Shown here: in pieces, positions 17,662 through 26,530 of the stretch
Position numbering within the stretch: position 1 is the stretch's first letter
How the letters are laid out: every line of letters begins with the position of its first letter
Source of the DNA: an uncultured delta proteobacterium
Lineage (GTDB): Bacteria; Myxococcota_A; Polyangia; Polyangiales; Polyangiaceae
DNA: 64,000 nt
Assembly: GCA_963764075.1 (NCBI GenBank)
Contig: CAVXQZ010000002.1
Location: 76,915 to 140,914 of the forward strand
Reading direction: 5' to 3'
The notes under the pieces: model-generated
Told to the model about the DNA's origin: nothing
What the model saw: the letters and a program-made list of their open reading frames with translations, nothing else
Database searches by the model: none
Made by a program: the position numbers and the translations under genes

Positions 17662-18522
17662 ATGGGGCGTGTGGAACCGAGACACGTCGCGGTGAAGGGA
17701 ACGGGGCACGTCACCGAGCCGCTGCGCGGGACCCGTGTCGCTTTGCTCGAATCGCGTATGGAGAGCGAGCTCGCGTCGCTCGTGCGCAGGCATGGCGGGG
17801 ATCCCGTGTGCGTGCCCGCGATGCGCGAGGTCGAGCGCGACTGCACCGAAGACGTGGCGCGCGCATACGCGGCCTTGAGGCGCGCCGGCGCACTGGTCGT
17901 CTTGACCACGGGAGTGGGGCTCGAGCGCTTGCTGCGGGTCGCTGCGGCCAGCGGGATCGGCGCGGAGCTTCATGCGGAGCTCACCCGCGCCACGAATGTC
18001 TGCCGCGGGCCGAAGCCCATCGCGGTGCTCAAGCGCGAGGGGCTGCCGGTGCATGTCCGGGCCGAGGCGCCTCACACCGCGAAGGAACTCCTGTCCGCTC
18101 TCGAGGCCGTCGCGGTGGACGGGCGCGACGTCGTCTTCGTCCACGACGGGGGGGGCAACCGCGAAATCGTCGCAGTCCTCGCGCGCCGCGGCGCGAACGT
18201 GATCGACGTGCAGCCCTACGCGTGGGCCCTGCCCGAGGATCTCGGGCCCCTCCGCGGGCTAGTGGAAACGATCGTGAGGGCGGAGGTGGATGCGATTGCG
18301 TTCACGACGCAGGCGCAGGCAAGGCATCTTTTCGCGGTCGCCGACTCGATGGGTGAGCGGGGCGCGATGACCCGCGCGATGGGTGAGCGAATCGTCGTGG
18401 CCGCTGTAGGGCCCACGTGCGCCCGGGCGCTTTCGCAGCTCGGGGCGCCTCCTCACGTCGTTCCCGATCAGCCCAAGATGGGGGCGATGATCGTGGCGCT
18501 CGCCGCCAAGTTCGCCACCTAA
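17662..18522 (+). CDS. hemD: uroporphyrinogen-III synthase family protein
   Basis: 286-aa ORF with a HEM4-like two-lobe pattern (RVALLESRMESELASLVRRHGGDP...VDAIAFTTQAQARHLF...VVAAVGPTCARAL). The start codon is uncertain. Confidence 0.7.
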   Translation: MGRVEPRHVAVKGTGHVTEPLRGTRVALLESRMESELASLVRRHGGDPVCVPAMREVERDCTEDVARAYAALRRAGALVVLTTGVGLERLLRVAAASGIGAELHAELTRATNVCRGPKPIAVLKREGLPVHVRAEAPHTAKELLSALEAVAVDGRDVVFVHDGGGNREIVAVLARRGANVIDVQPYAWALPEDLGPLRGLVETIVRAEVDAIAFTTQAQARHLFAVADSMGERGAMTRAMGERIVVAAVGPTCARALSQLGAPPHVVPDQPKMGAMIVALAAKFAT

Positions 18523-19442
18523 TTGCAGTATGCCGCGTCGGGAACTTTGCAGATCCCCTCCACGCAGCGGGCCGGCGCGGCGCAGAACGGTCCGGAGGTG
18601 GCGTCGCAGCTCTCTCCGTCTGCGGCGTTCGCAATGCAGGTCGACGTTTGGGTCGAGGGGTTGGTGGAGCAGCTTCCCGCCCTGCACGTGATGCCAGTAC
18701 CGCACGGAGCTCCGGGGGCCGCCAAGGTATAGGGCACGCAGCGCCTGTCCTGCGCGTCGCAGAAGAGGCCCTGATCGCGGTCGCACGCATCCGCACGCGG
18801 ATCACAGGTCGTCCCCGGCGCCCCCGGATGGACACACGCGTAGTCCAAGCAAACCATCGAGGCCGGGCACTGGCGGGTCATTCCGTCACACGCCGCGCCG
18901 GGTGCAACCGGGGCCACGCACGTGAAGTAGCAAACGAGCCCGTGCTCGCAATCTCTATCGCTGTAGCATCCCGCGCCCATCGCCCCGAGCGTGGCGCACC
19001 TACCGCACGTCTCGTCGCTGGCCACCCGGCAGTACCCGTTCGGTCCCGCACACTGCGAGTCGTCGCCGCAGGGGGCCCCGATCGGAAGCGAGCCCGGGAC
19101 GGTGCACGCCGAAGGCGGCTTGGCCACGACGACTTCTTCGCAGGCGTCGGTCTCGTAAGCCCGTGCGCAGCTCTCGACGCTACTCGGTGTCTGCCCGGTG
19201 CCCTGGGCTTTGAGCGCCGACAAGCACACGGGCTTGCTTCGCTCGATGCAGGCCGCGAGCTCGCCGTAGCCGATTTGCATTGAAAGCGGGGCGCACGCCT
19301 CGAGACGATTGCAATAGTGTGTCGCCCAATCGGCGCAAGCTTCGTCCGCGACGGAGCCGCGCCGCAAACCCACGCACGAGCTTCGGCCAGAGCACGCCGC
19401 GAGGCCGATGATCGCCCACGCCCAGCCAACCCGGATTCGCAT
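18519..19442 (-). CDS. Cys-rich secreted lipoprotein
   Basis: MRIRVGWAWAIIGLAACSG is a signal peptide plus lipobox. The mature part has more than 30 Cys in repeated C-x-C patterns. Confidence 0.65.
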   Translation of the reverse strand: MRIRVGWAWAIIGLAACSGRSSCVGLRRGSVADEACADWATHYCNRLEACAPLSMQIGYGELAACIERSKPVCLSALKAQGTGQTPSSVESCARAYETDACEEVVVAKPPSACTVPGSLPIGAPCGDDSQCAGPNGYCRVASDETCGRCATLGAMGAGCYSDRDCEHGLVCYFTCVAPVAPGAACDGMTRQCPASMVCLDYACVHPGAPGTTCDPRADACDRDQGLFCDAQDRRCVPYTLAAPGAPCGTGITCRAGSCSTNPSTQTSTCIANAADGESCDATSGPFCAAPARCVEGICKVPDAAYCN

Positions 19443-19511
19443 CGGCCAGTCTGCGCCGAGTCCGGAGGGCGCGCTCTTGGTCTCAATCACGTGGGTGAGG
19501 CCGGGCTGGTC

Positions 19512-20561
19512 CTAGTTGACGAGGCTTGCCGAGCCGGCGGCAGGGGACGGCAAAAGCGGCGCGCGCCCGCGAAGAGTTCCTAGAATGGCGTAGCCGACCG
19601 CCACCCACGCGATTTCTTTCGCGCGTTTGAGCACGACGAACGCGGCCGCGCTCGAACCGTCCGCCCCGACCGCGGGCAGGACCGTTGCATACCCGAGGTC
19701 AACCACGCCCAGTCCGGACGGGGCGATGACCGCGAGCGAGCGCACCAGCGACAGCCCTGCTTCGACGGCGACTACCGAAGTGAGCGCGACATCGGCCCCC
19801 ACGAGTCGCAAGAGAAGGGCGGACTCGAGCGCCTCGACGCACCAGGATCCGAAGAACGCGAGCGTGGCCGCGGTGGTCGACCTTCGCGCGGCACGAAGGC
19901 GCGCCACCTGGGCGTCGGTCGCCACCGCCTCGTGGCCCCGTGCATCGGCCCACCTTCGCACGCGTCGCGATGGCAGACGGGCCAAGAGAGTGTGGAGTCT
20001 CGTGAACGTCGAGCGGCCGAGCAGGCCGGCACCGAGCGCCCACGAGGCAGCGAGAGGGATCGCGGCCGATGCGAGCACGATCCACGGCAGCGACCCGCCC
20101 CCGAGCAGCCGTGGCGACGACCCCGCGAGCGCCGCGAAGCCACCGAGCGCCCCGGCGCCGATGTAGACCGCGTGCGCGCGCATGACGAGCCACTTTCGAG
20201 CGATGGATGCGACGACTCCGTCGCGCAGCGGGACGTCGCGCGCTTCGAGCAGGACGGCGGTCGCGGTGTCCGACGCGACGAACCCGGCCGGAATGCTGGA
20301 ATGCAGGGCTTCGCTCGCGATGCGCACCGGGAGCATCTGGGCGAGGGTGGTGGGGCTTCCGAGGGCGCGCAAGAGAAGCACGCTGCCGTAGGCGTCGATG
20401 GTCATTCCGAGCGCGAATGGCGCGATCGCGAGTACGACGAGGGGGCCCCCGCGACCGAGCGCGTGCCAGGTCTCTGCCGCGCCCGTGTGGGTGAAGAGGC
20501 GTGCCAATAGGAGCGCGGCGAGCGCGCACCCGAGCGTCGTGACGATCAGCTTAGGTCGCAT
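19512..20561 (-). CDS. flippase-like (LPG-synthase TM / UPF0104) integral membrane protein
   Basis: Multi-TM ORF with MRPKLIVTTLGCALAALLLARLF...PVRIASEALHSSIPAGFVASDTATAVLL. Start taken at the internal ATG at 20561. Confidence 0.55.
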   Translation of the reverse strand: MRPKLIVTTLGCALAALLLARLFTHTGAAETWHALGRGGPLVVLAIAPFALGMTIDAYGSVLLLRALGSPTTLAQMLPVRIASEALHSSIPAGFVASDTATAVLLEARDVPLRDGVVASIARKWLVMRAHAVYIGAGALGGFAALAGSSPRLLGGGSLPWIVLASAAIPLAASWALGAGLLGRSTFTRLHTLLARLPSRRVRRWADARGHEAVATDAQVARLRAARRSTTAATLAFFGSWCVEALESALLLRLVGADVALTSVVAVEAGLSLVRSLAVIAPSGLGVVDLGYATVLPAVGADGSSAAAFVVLKRAKEIAWVAVGYAILGTLRGRAPLLPSPAAGSASLVN

Positions 20562-21059
20562 ACTCTTGGCTCTTGTTTGCTTCGCACGTTGGGTATGCGC
20601 CCATCCCCGCCTGAGCTCAAGCCCGCTCAGCTTTATGTCTCGAGCCTCGTCCACGGTCGCGTGCGCCAGTGACGCACTTGGGTCTCCGGATTGACGTTTG
20701 CGTGAACATGTTTCGGTCTCGTTGCGGTTCAGTTTGCAAGTAGCGAATACGTGACAATGAGGCGAATCTTCTGCGAAGTGGCCTCTTCAAAGATGGCGCA
20801 GACCCTTCGCGATTGGAATGTTCACCACTATGACCTCGACCCGAACGCGAAGGCGGAGAAGCGACAAGGGTACTTCTGCGGCACGAACCTCAGGTGTGTT
20901 CGACGCGTCCGCGCGCGTCGCTCGGCGCGGCTCCACACGGGCGGAAGCCCCCGAGGTGGCGGACGCTCCGGACAGCAGCCACGTGCGCGGGCGGCTGCGC
21001 GGCTGAGGCGCCGCCTCAGATGCTGACGCTCTGTCCACTGCGGCAGAGCTTTCGCATGA

Positions 21060-21077
21060 GCGTGACGGAAATGTCAC
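21060..21077 (+). promoter_or_regulatory. inverted repeat GCGTGAC-GGAAAT-GTCAC upstream of the OmpR-type regulator gene (candidate operator)
   Basis: It lies 45 nt upstream of the ATG at 21123. A near-identical copy in reverse orientation is at 49157-49175. A shared 11-mer GCTCGGTAGCG is at 21104-21114 and 49174-49184. Confidence 0.35.
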
Positions 21078-21122
21078 CCGGCCTTCCCGCCGGCGATGCC
21101 CGTGCTCGGTAGCGTGCGCTCA

Positions 21123-21812
21123 ATGGCACGCGTGATCCTCATCGAGGATGAACCGGATCTGCGCGAGATTCTTCAATACAATCTCACACAGGCCGGTCAC
21201 CGTGTGCAGGCGGCGGGGACGGCCGAGGCGGGCCTGCGTCTCGCCCGGGAGACCCTGCCCGACATCGTGCTCTTGGACCTGATGCTTCCGGACCGACCGG
21301 GGACGAGCGTATGCACCGCGCTCAAACGCGAGCCGCGCACGCAGGATATCCCCATTATCATGGTGACGGCAAAGGGCGAGGAGGTCGACCGCATCGTCGG
21401 TTTGGAGCTCGGAGCCGATGACTACCTGGTCAAGCCGTTCAGCGTGCGTGAGCTCGTGCTTCGTATGAACGCGGTCCTCCGCCGGGGTGAGACGAAGGAG
21501 CCGCCTCTCATCGAAGTCAGCGAGCTGCGAATCGACCGCGACGCCCACCGCGTTCAGGTCGACGGGGCGGAGATCCCGATGACTCCGCTCGAGTTCAAGC
21601 TGCTGCTGACCCTGGTCCTGCGTCGCGAACGGGTGCAGACGCAATCGACGCTCCTCGGCGACGTCTGGGAGCTCGATCCCGGCGTGTCGTCTCGAACCGT
21701 GGATACGCACGTCAAGCGTCTCCGCGACAAGCTGGGAAGCGCGGGGCGGTTCATCCAGACCGTGAGAGGGGTGGGCTATCGATTCTCGGAGAAGTCCGAG
21801 GGCGAGGTGTGA
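21123..21812 (+). CDS. OmpR/PhoB-family response regulator (orphan, no adjacent histidine kinase)
   Basis: MARVILIEDEPDLREIL...DIVLLDLMLPDRPG...ADDYLVKPFSVRELVLR followed by a winged-helix output domain (LTPLEFKLLLTL...VDTHVKRLRDKL...VRGVGYRF). Confidence 0.9.
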   Translation: MARVILIEDEPDLREILQYNLTQAGHRVQAAGTAEAGLRLARETLPDIVLLDLMLPDRPGTSVCTALKREPRTQDIPIIMVTAKGEEVDRIVGLELGADDYLVKPFSVRELVLRMNAVLRRGETKEPPLIEVSELRIDRDAHRVQVDGAEIPMTPLEFKLLLTLVLRRERVQTQSTLLGDVWELDPGVSSRTVDTHVKRLRDKLGSAGRFIQTVRGVGYRFSEKSEGEV

Positions 21813-21816
21813 AGCC

Positions 21817-22002
21817 TCAGGAAACCTCGTCCCAGCCCGCATCCAGGGCGGCCATCTCGTCGACCGGTGCGGCCGCGGCCGCCACTTCGCTGGATTCGCG
21901 GATGCCGTCGACCGCCTTCGCCGCCGGGGGCGCTTCCCGAAGGGCGGGGGCGTCGGAATTGCGGATCTTCTGGGGGCGCTGGGATCGCGACCTACGAGCC
22001 AT
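21817..22002 (-). CDS. small hypothetical protein (61 aa)
   Basis: ORF downstream of and co-oriented with the methyltransferase gene. Third-position GC bias supports this frame. No family recognised. Confidence 0.35.
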   Translation of the reverse strand: MARRSRSQRPQKIRNSDAPALREAPPAAKAVDGIRESSEVAAAAAPVDEMAALDAGWDEVS

Positions 22003-22065
22003 GGGGTGGGTTCTCTCCGGGTGCTTGCCGGTAAGTGTACGACCGGACCCCTGGCGCCGAAAGAC

Positions 22066-22893
22066 TCATCCTAGTCTCTTCCGCATCGCAGCCAACAGGA
22101 TACCGGCGGCCACCGCCACGTTCAGCGAGTCGATGGCGCCGGTTCCCCGGACGGCGACGAGGCCATCGCATTCGCCCCGAACGCGCTCGCCGAGGCCTTC
22201 GCGCTCGTTTCCGACGACGAGCAGCGCAGGCCCATCTTTCCCAAAGCCCGCCTCGCTCGCTTCGGCGTGGGCGTCGGCTCCGACGACGCGAACGCCGCGC
22301 GCGCGAAGGCGTGCGAGCGTATCGGCCAAGTCAGTCGTGCGAGCGAGCTTCAGATGCTCGCTTCCACCCTCCGCCACGCGGACCGCCGTCGGGGGCAAGC
22401 CGGGGTGCGGTGCGGGGGTGCCGAGCAGCACGGCGTCGAGACCAAAGAACGCCGCCGTCCGCACCATGGCTCCCACGTTGTAGGGGTTTCGCACGCGGTC
22501 GAGCGCCAGGGCCGCGCCGTTCGCCCGGGTGAGCGCGTCGGCCAGCTCGTGCGTCGACAGCCAGCGCCGCGGGCGCGCAGCGACGCACAACCCCTCGTGG
22601 TGCGTGGATTCGGCGAACCTGTCGAGATCCCCATCGCGCATCTCGACGCAGGGCACCTGACGCATCGCCGCCCAGCGCGTCATCTCACCGAGTTCACGGG
22701 ATATGCCGCCGGATCGGGCTCCGCCGTGGCCCAGCGCCTGAGCGCGCGCGTATGCGATGCGCACGATATCGTCCCGCCGTCGAGCAAACACGGCGAAGCA
22801 AGCCCGCAGGCCGTGCACGATCTCGACCGACTCGCGCCGCTCGGCGGGACGCTCCGGAGCGCCCGGAGCGCGCTTGGCGATCCGTTGCCTCAC
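22066..22893 (-). CDS. TrmH/SpoU-family RNA 2'-O-methyltransferase
   Basis: LDRVRNPYNVGAMVRTAAFFGLDAVLLG...LLVVGNEREGLGERV...IDSLNVAVAAGILL are SPOUT motifs. Confidence 0.85.
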   Translation of the reverse strand: MRQRIAKRAPGAPERPAERRESVEIVHGLRACFAVFARRRDDIVRIAYARAQALGHGGARSGGISRELGEMTRWAAMRQVPCVEMRDGDLDRFAESTHHEGLCVAARPRRWLSTHELADALTRANGAALALDRVRNPYNVGAMVRTAAFFGLDAVLLGTPAPHPGLPPTAVRVAEGGSEHLKLARTTDLADTLARLRARGVRVVGADAHAEASEAGFGKDGPALLVVGNEREGLGERVRGECDGLVAVRGTGAIDSLNVAVAAGILLAAMRKRLG

Positions 22894-22896
22894 GCC

Positions 22897-23691
22897 CTAC
22901 CCGCCCGCGCTCGTGTACTTGCCGATCGCGACGTTCCACACGGCGCGCGATACTCCCAGGGCGATCATCGCGCCACCGATCGTCGCCGCAAGTGTGCTGG
23001 CGCGAAGCGTTCCGAGGAGGGCCTGCGCAGGAAACGTGGTCATCAGCGCGAGCGGGACGACGAACGTCAACACGACGCGCACCAGCCCCCTGAAGACGGA
23101 TACGGGCCATCGCGCGGCGTCGAAGATCGCGCTGAAGAGATGGGTGAGATTGTCGATGCGCACGACGAAAAACGCGGCGCTCACCGTGATGACCCAGAGC
23201 GAGTAAAGGATCGCGACCGCGGTGACCATCGTCACGGCGGCGACGCAGAGCGCTCCCGGGGTCGGTCCGCGCCCCAGCTCGCGAAAGCCCCAGGCGAAGA
23301 TCGCGATGGCGGCCAGGACGTTCATGGCGCGCCACGGCTGGAATCGAGCCGTCGAAACGAGAAACTGCGCGTCGGCTGGCTTGATGAGGACAAAGTCGAG
23401 GGTTCCTTTGCGGATGTGGTCGACCACCGTCACAAGGCTCGGATTGATAGCCCCTTCGAGCACTCCGTCGAGAAGCGTGAACCATCCCATGACCATCAGC
23501 GCCTCGCCGAAGCTCCAGCCTCCGACCCGTGGACGCAGCCGGAAGACCACCGAGAGGGGGACGAGCGCGGTCGCCATCCAGAACGTCCCGACGAGACCGT
23601 CCAAGACGAAGTCCGCCCTGTACTGCATCGCCAGGAGCAGCGAGGCGCGGAACTGCACGGCAAAAAGCCGCAAATAACGCGCTCCCATCAT
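22897..23691 (-). CDS. ABC-2 family transporter permease
   Basis: MMGARYLRLFAVQFRASLLLAMQYRADFVLDGL...DFVLIKPADAQFLV. The ATG overlaps the upstream permease stop (ATGA at 23688-23691). Confidence 0.8.
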   Translation of the reverse strand: MMGARYLRLFAVQFRASLLLAMQYRADFVLDGLVGTFWMATALVPLSVVFRLRPRVGGWSFGEALMVMGWFTLLDGVLEGAINPSLVTVVDHIRKGTLDFVLIKPADAQFLVSTARFQPWRAMNVLAAIAIFAWGFRELGRGPTPGALCVAAVTMVTAVAILYSLWVITVSAAFFVVRIDNLTHLFSAIFDAARWPVSVFRGLVRVVLTFVVPLALMTTFPAQALLGTLRASTLAATIGGAMIALGVSRAVWNVAIGKYTSAGG

Positions 23692-24487
23692 CCTCCGTAG
23701 GCGGCAAACCGCCTGAGTCCACGGCGCCAGGCGACTGCCGTCGCGCCGAGCGCGATCGCCGTCCATACCCACTGCCGGGCGACGAGCGCCAAGGCCTCAC
23801 CGCGCCCGTGCGCGCCGGTCATCAGCTCGACCGGGAGGCCGATCTGGTAGCGGAACGGAAGCCAATCCACGACCCGGCCGAGCGCATGCGGGAACAAGTC
23901 GACCGGAATGAGGTACCCGCTGAGGACGAAGAAGAAGACCCCCCACGCGTCCATGAGCTTCGTGCTGCTTTCGACGAAGAACGCCGCGCAGCCGATGGCG
24001 AAGTTGACGAACAACGTGATGAGCCACGCACCGGCAACGGACGTCACCCAGAGAGCCCAGATCACCGGGTCGTGGGTGACGCAGCGGGCCCCGACGACTG
24101 CGAGCGCGATGATCGCCACCGGGATCGACACGATCAGCCGCATCGGCACAGACGCCAGACTCTCGGTGGCGTAGACCCAGAGCGGGTGGACGGGTCGAAG
24201 CAGACGCATGGCGAGCGTGCCGCTCCGAACTTCGAAGTTGATCTCCCAAAACGCCCACGAGCCGGTGATCTGGCGGGCGATGAACGTCGACAAGAAATAG
24301 GCGGTGAACTGCGGCTGCCCGTAGCGCCCGATCGGCCCGCCCTGCGCGACGCTGCGAAAGAGCGCGAGCATGACGAGCGGCATCGTCGTGGCGAGCACCC
24401 AGACCAGCATCTCCGCGCGGTAGGCGACCGCTTCGATGAGCCCCACGCGGAGCAGAGCCGGGAACGCGCGAACCGTGGCGCGAAGAC

Positions 24488-24491
<4 letters not shown>
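23688..24491 (-). CDS. ABC-2 family transporter permease
   Basis: The GTG at 24491 overlaps the ATPase stop (GTGA). Sequence VSLRATVRAFPALLRVGLIEAVAYRAEMLVWVL...GTLAMRLLRPVHPLW. The upstream part of the tracked ORF is out-of-gene. Confidence 0.75.
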
Positions 24492-25522
<1,031 letters not shown>

Positions 25523-25573
25523 CGCTGCGTAGTGGTAGCCGGTTCGCGTCTCGCGACGCGGCAAGACTCGGCG

Positions 25574-26035
25574 TCAGTGCTTGGGAACGTCGTCGTCAGC
25601 GCGGTCCCACGCGTGGATAGCCAGGCGATCGTCGCGCGTGGGCCCGCAGCTCGCGAGCGAGCGCCCCGTGAGCACTCGGCGAACCGTCTCGAGGAGCGTT
25701 TCTGGCAGGCACGGTTTTGCGAGGAAGCCGTCGCACCCGGCCTCACGCGCGCTTCGCCAGTGCCGTTCCAGGGAGTGGCCGCTGAGAACGACGACCGGGA
25801 TGTGCTGGGTGCGGGGGTCTCGCTTCAACCGCTTGGTCGCCTCCCACCCGTCGAGCAAAGGCAGCGACAAGTCCATGACCACGACATCGGGCGCGAACGA
25901 GGTCGCCTTGTCGATGGCTTCGAGGCCGTCGGCCGCTTCGACGACGGCGTACCCGGAAAACTTGAAAAACTCCGCGTACATCGTTCGATTGTCTTCGAAG
26001 TCGTCGACGATGAGCACCGTAGTTTCTTCGGTCAT
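25574..26035 (-). CDS. single-domain response regulator (CheY-like receiver)
   Basis: VLIVDDFEDNRTMY...DVVVMDLSLPLLDGWE...PVVVLSGH...GCDGFLAKP. Confidence 0.9.
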   Translation of the reverse strand: MTEETTVLIVDDFEDNRTMYAEFFKFSGYAVVEAADGLEAIDKATSFAPDVVVMDLSLPLLDGWEATKRLKRDPRTQHIPVVVLSGHSLERHWRSAREAGCDGFLAKPCLPETLLETVRRVLTGRSLASCGPTRDDRLAIHAWDRADDDVPKH

Positions 26036-26236
26036 CTCCAGCCTCGTTTCACGTCGGCCGACGCCGTTGGAGGGCGCGTTTTACCACCTTTTCGTGGGAG
26101 CGAGCGAGGACCATCCGCGACCGTGCACCGACGCGTCCGGGAGTTGACGCGCGGGCGCGGACCCTTAAGCTCGCCCGTGCGGCGAGAGTGGCAAGAGCGA
26201 CGGGACCTGGCACCCGCCGTGCAGCGACCGCATGGC

Positions 26237-26530
26237 ATGCCCGCCGTGCCCGACGCGAGCGATGCTCAGTCGCTCCAGCTCAAGCTTCGTCTCGCCGCGG
26301 TTCCCGATACGGGGGCCTTCGCCGTGACGATTGAATTCTGCGAGATCGACGTCGCCGTCGAGGTGCTCGACGTCGACCTCCGACGGGCGATTCGCACCGC
26401 GGCGAGCCGTTGCGCAGAGCGGCTCCGGGACGAGGGATACTCGGTGACTCCGGGGGACGTGATCCGTGCGCTCGAAGATGCGCTGAACTGCTCCGAGCTC
26501 GCGCACAATCCGTCGCGCACGATGAACTAG
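26237..26530 (+). CDS. hypothetical 97-aa protein
   Basis: Strong third-position GC bias in this frame. Its TAG stop (26528-26530) is the first 3 nt of the palindromic repeat. It lies antisense to the abnormal tail of the kup ORF. Confidence 0.45.
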   Translation: MPAVPDASDAQSLQLKLRLAAVPDTGAFAVTIEFCEIDVAVEVLDVDLRRAIRTAASRCAERLRDEGYSVTPGDVIRALEDALNCSELAHNPSRTMN

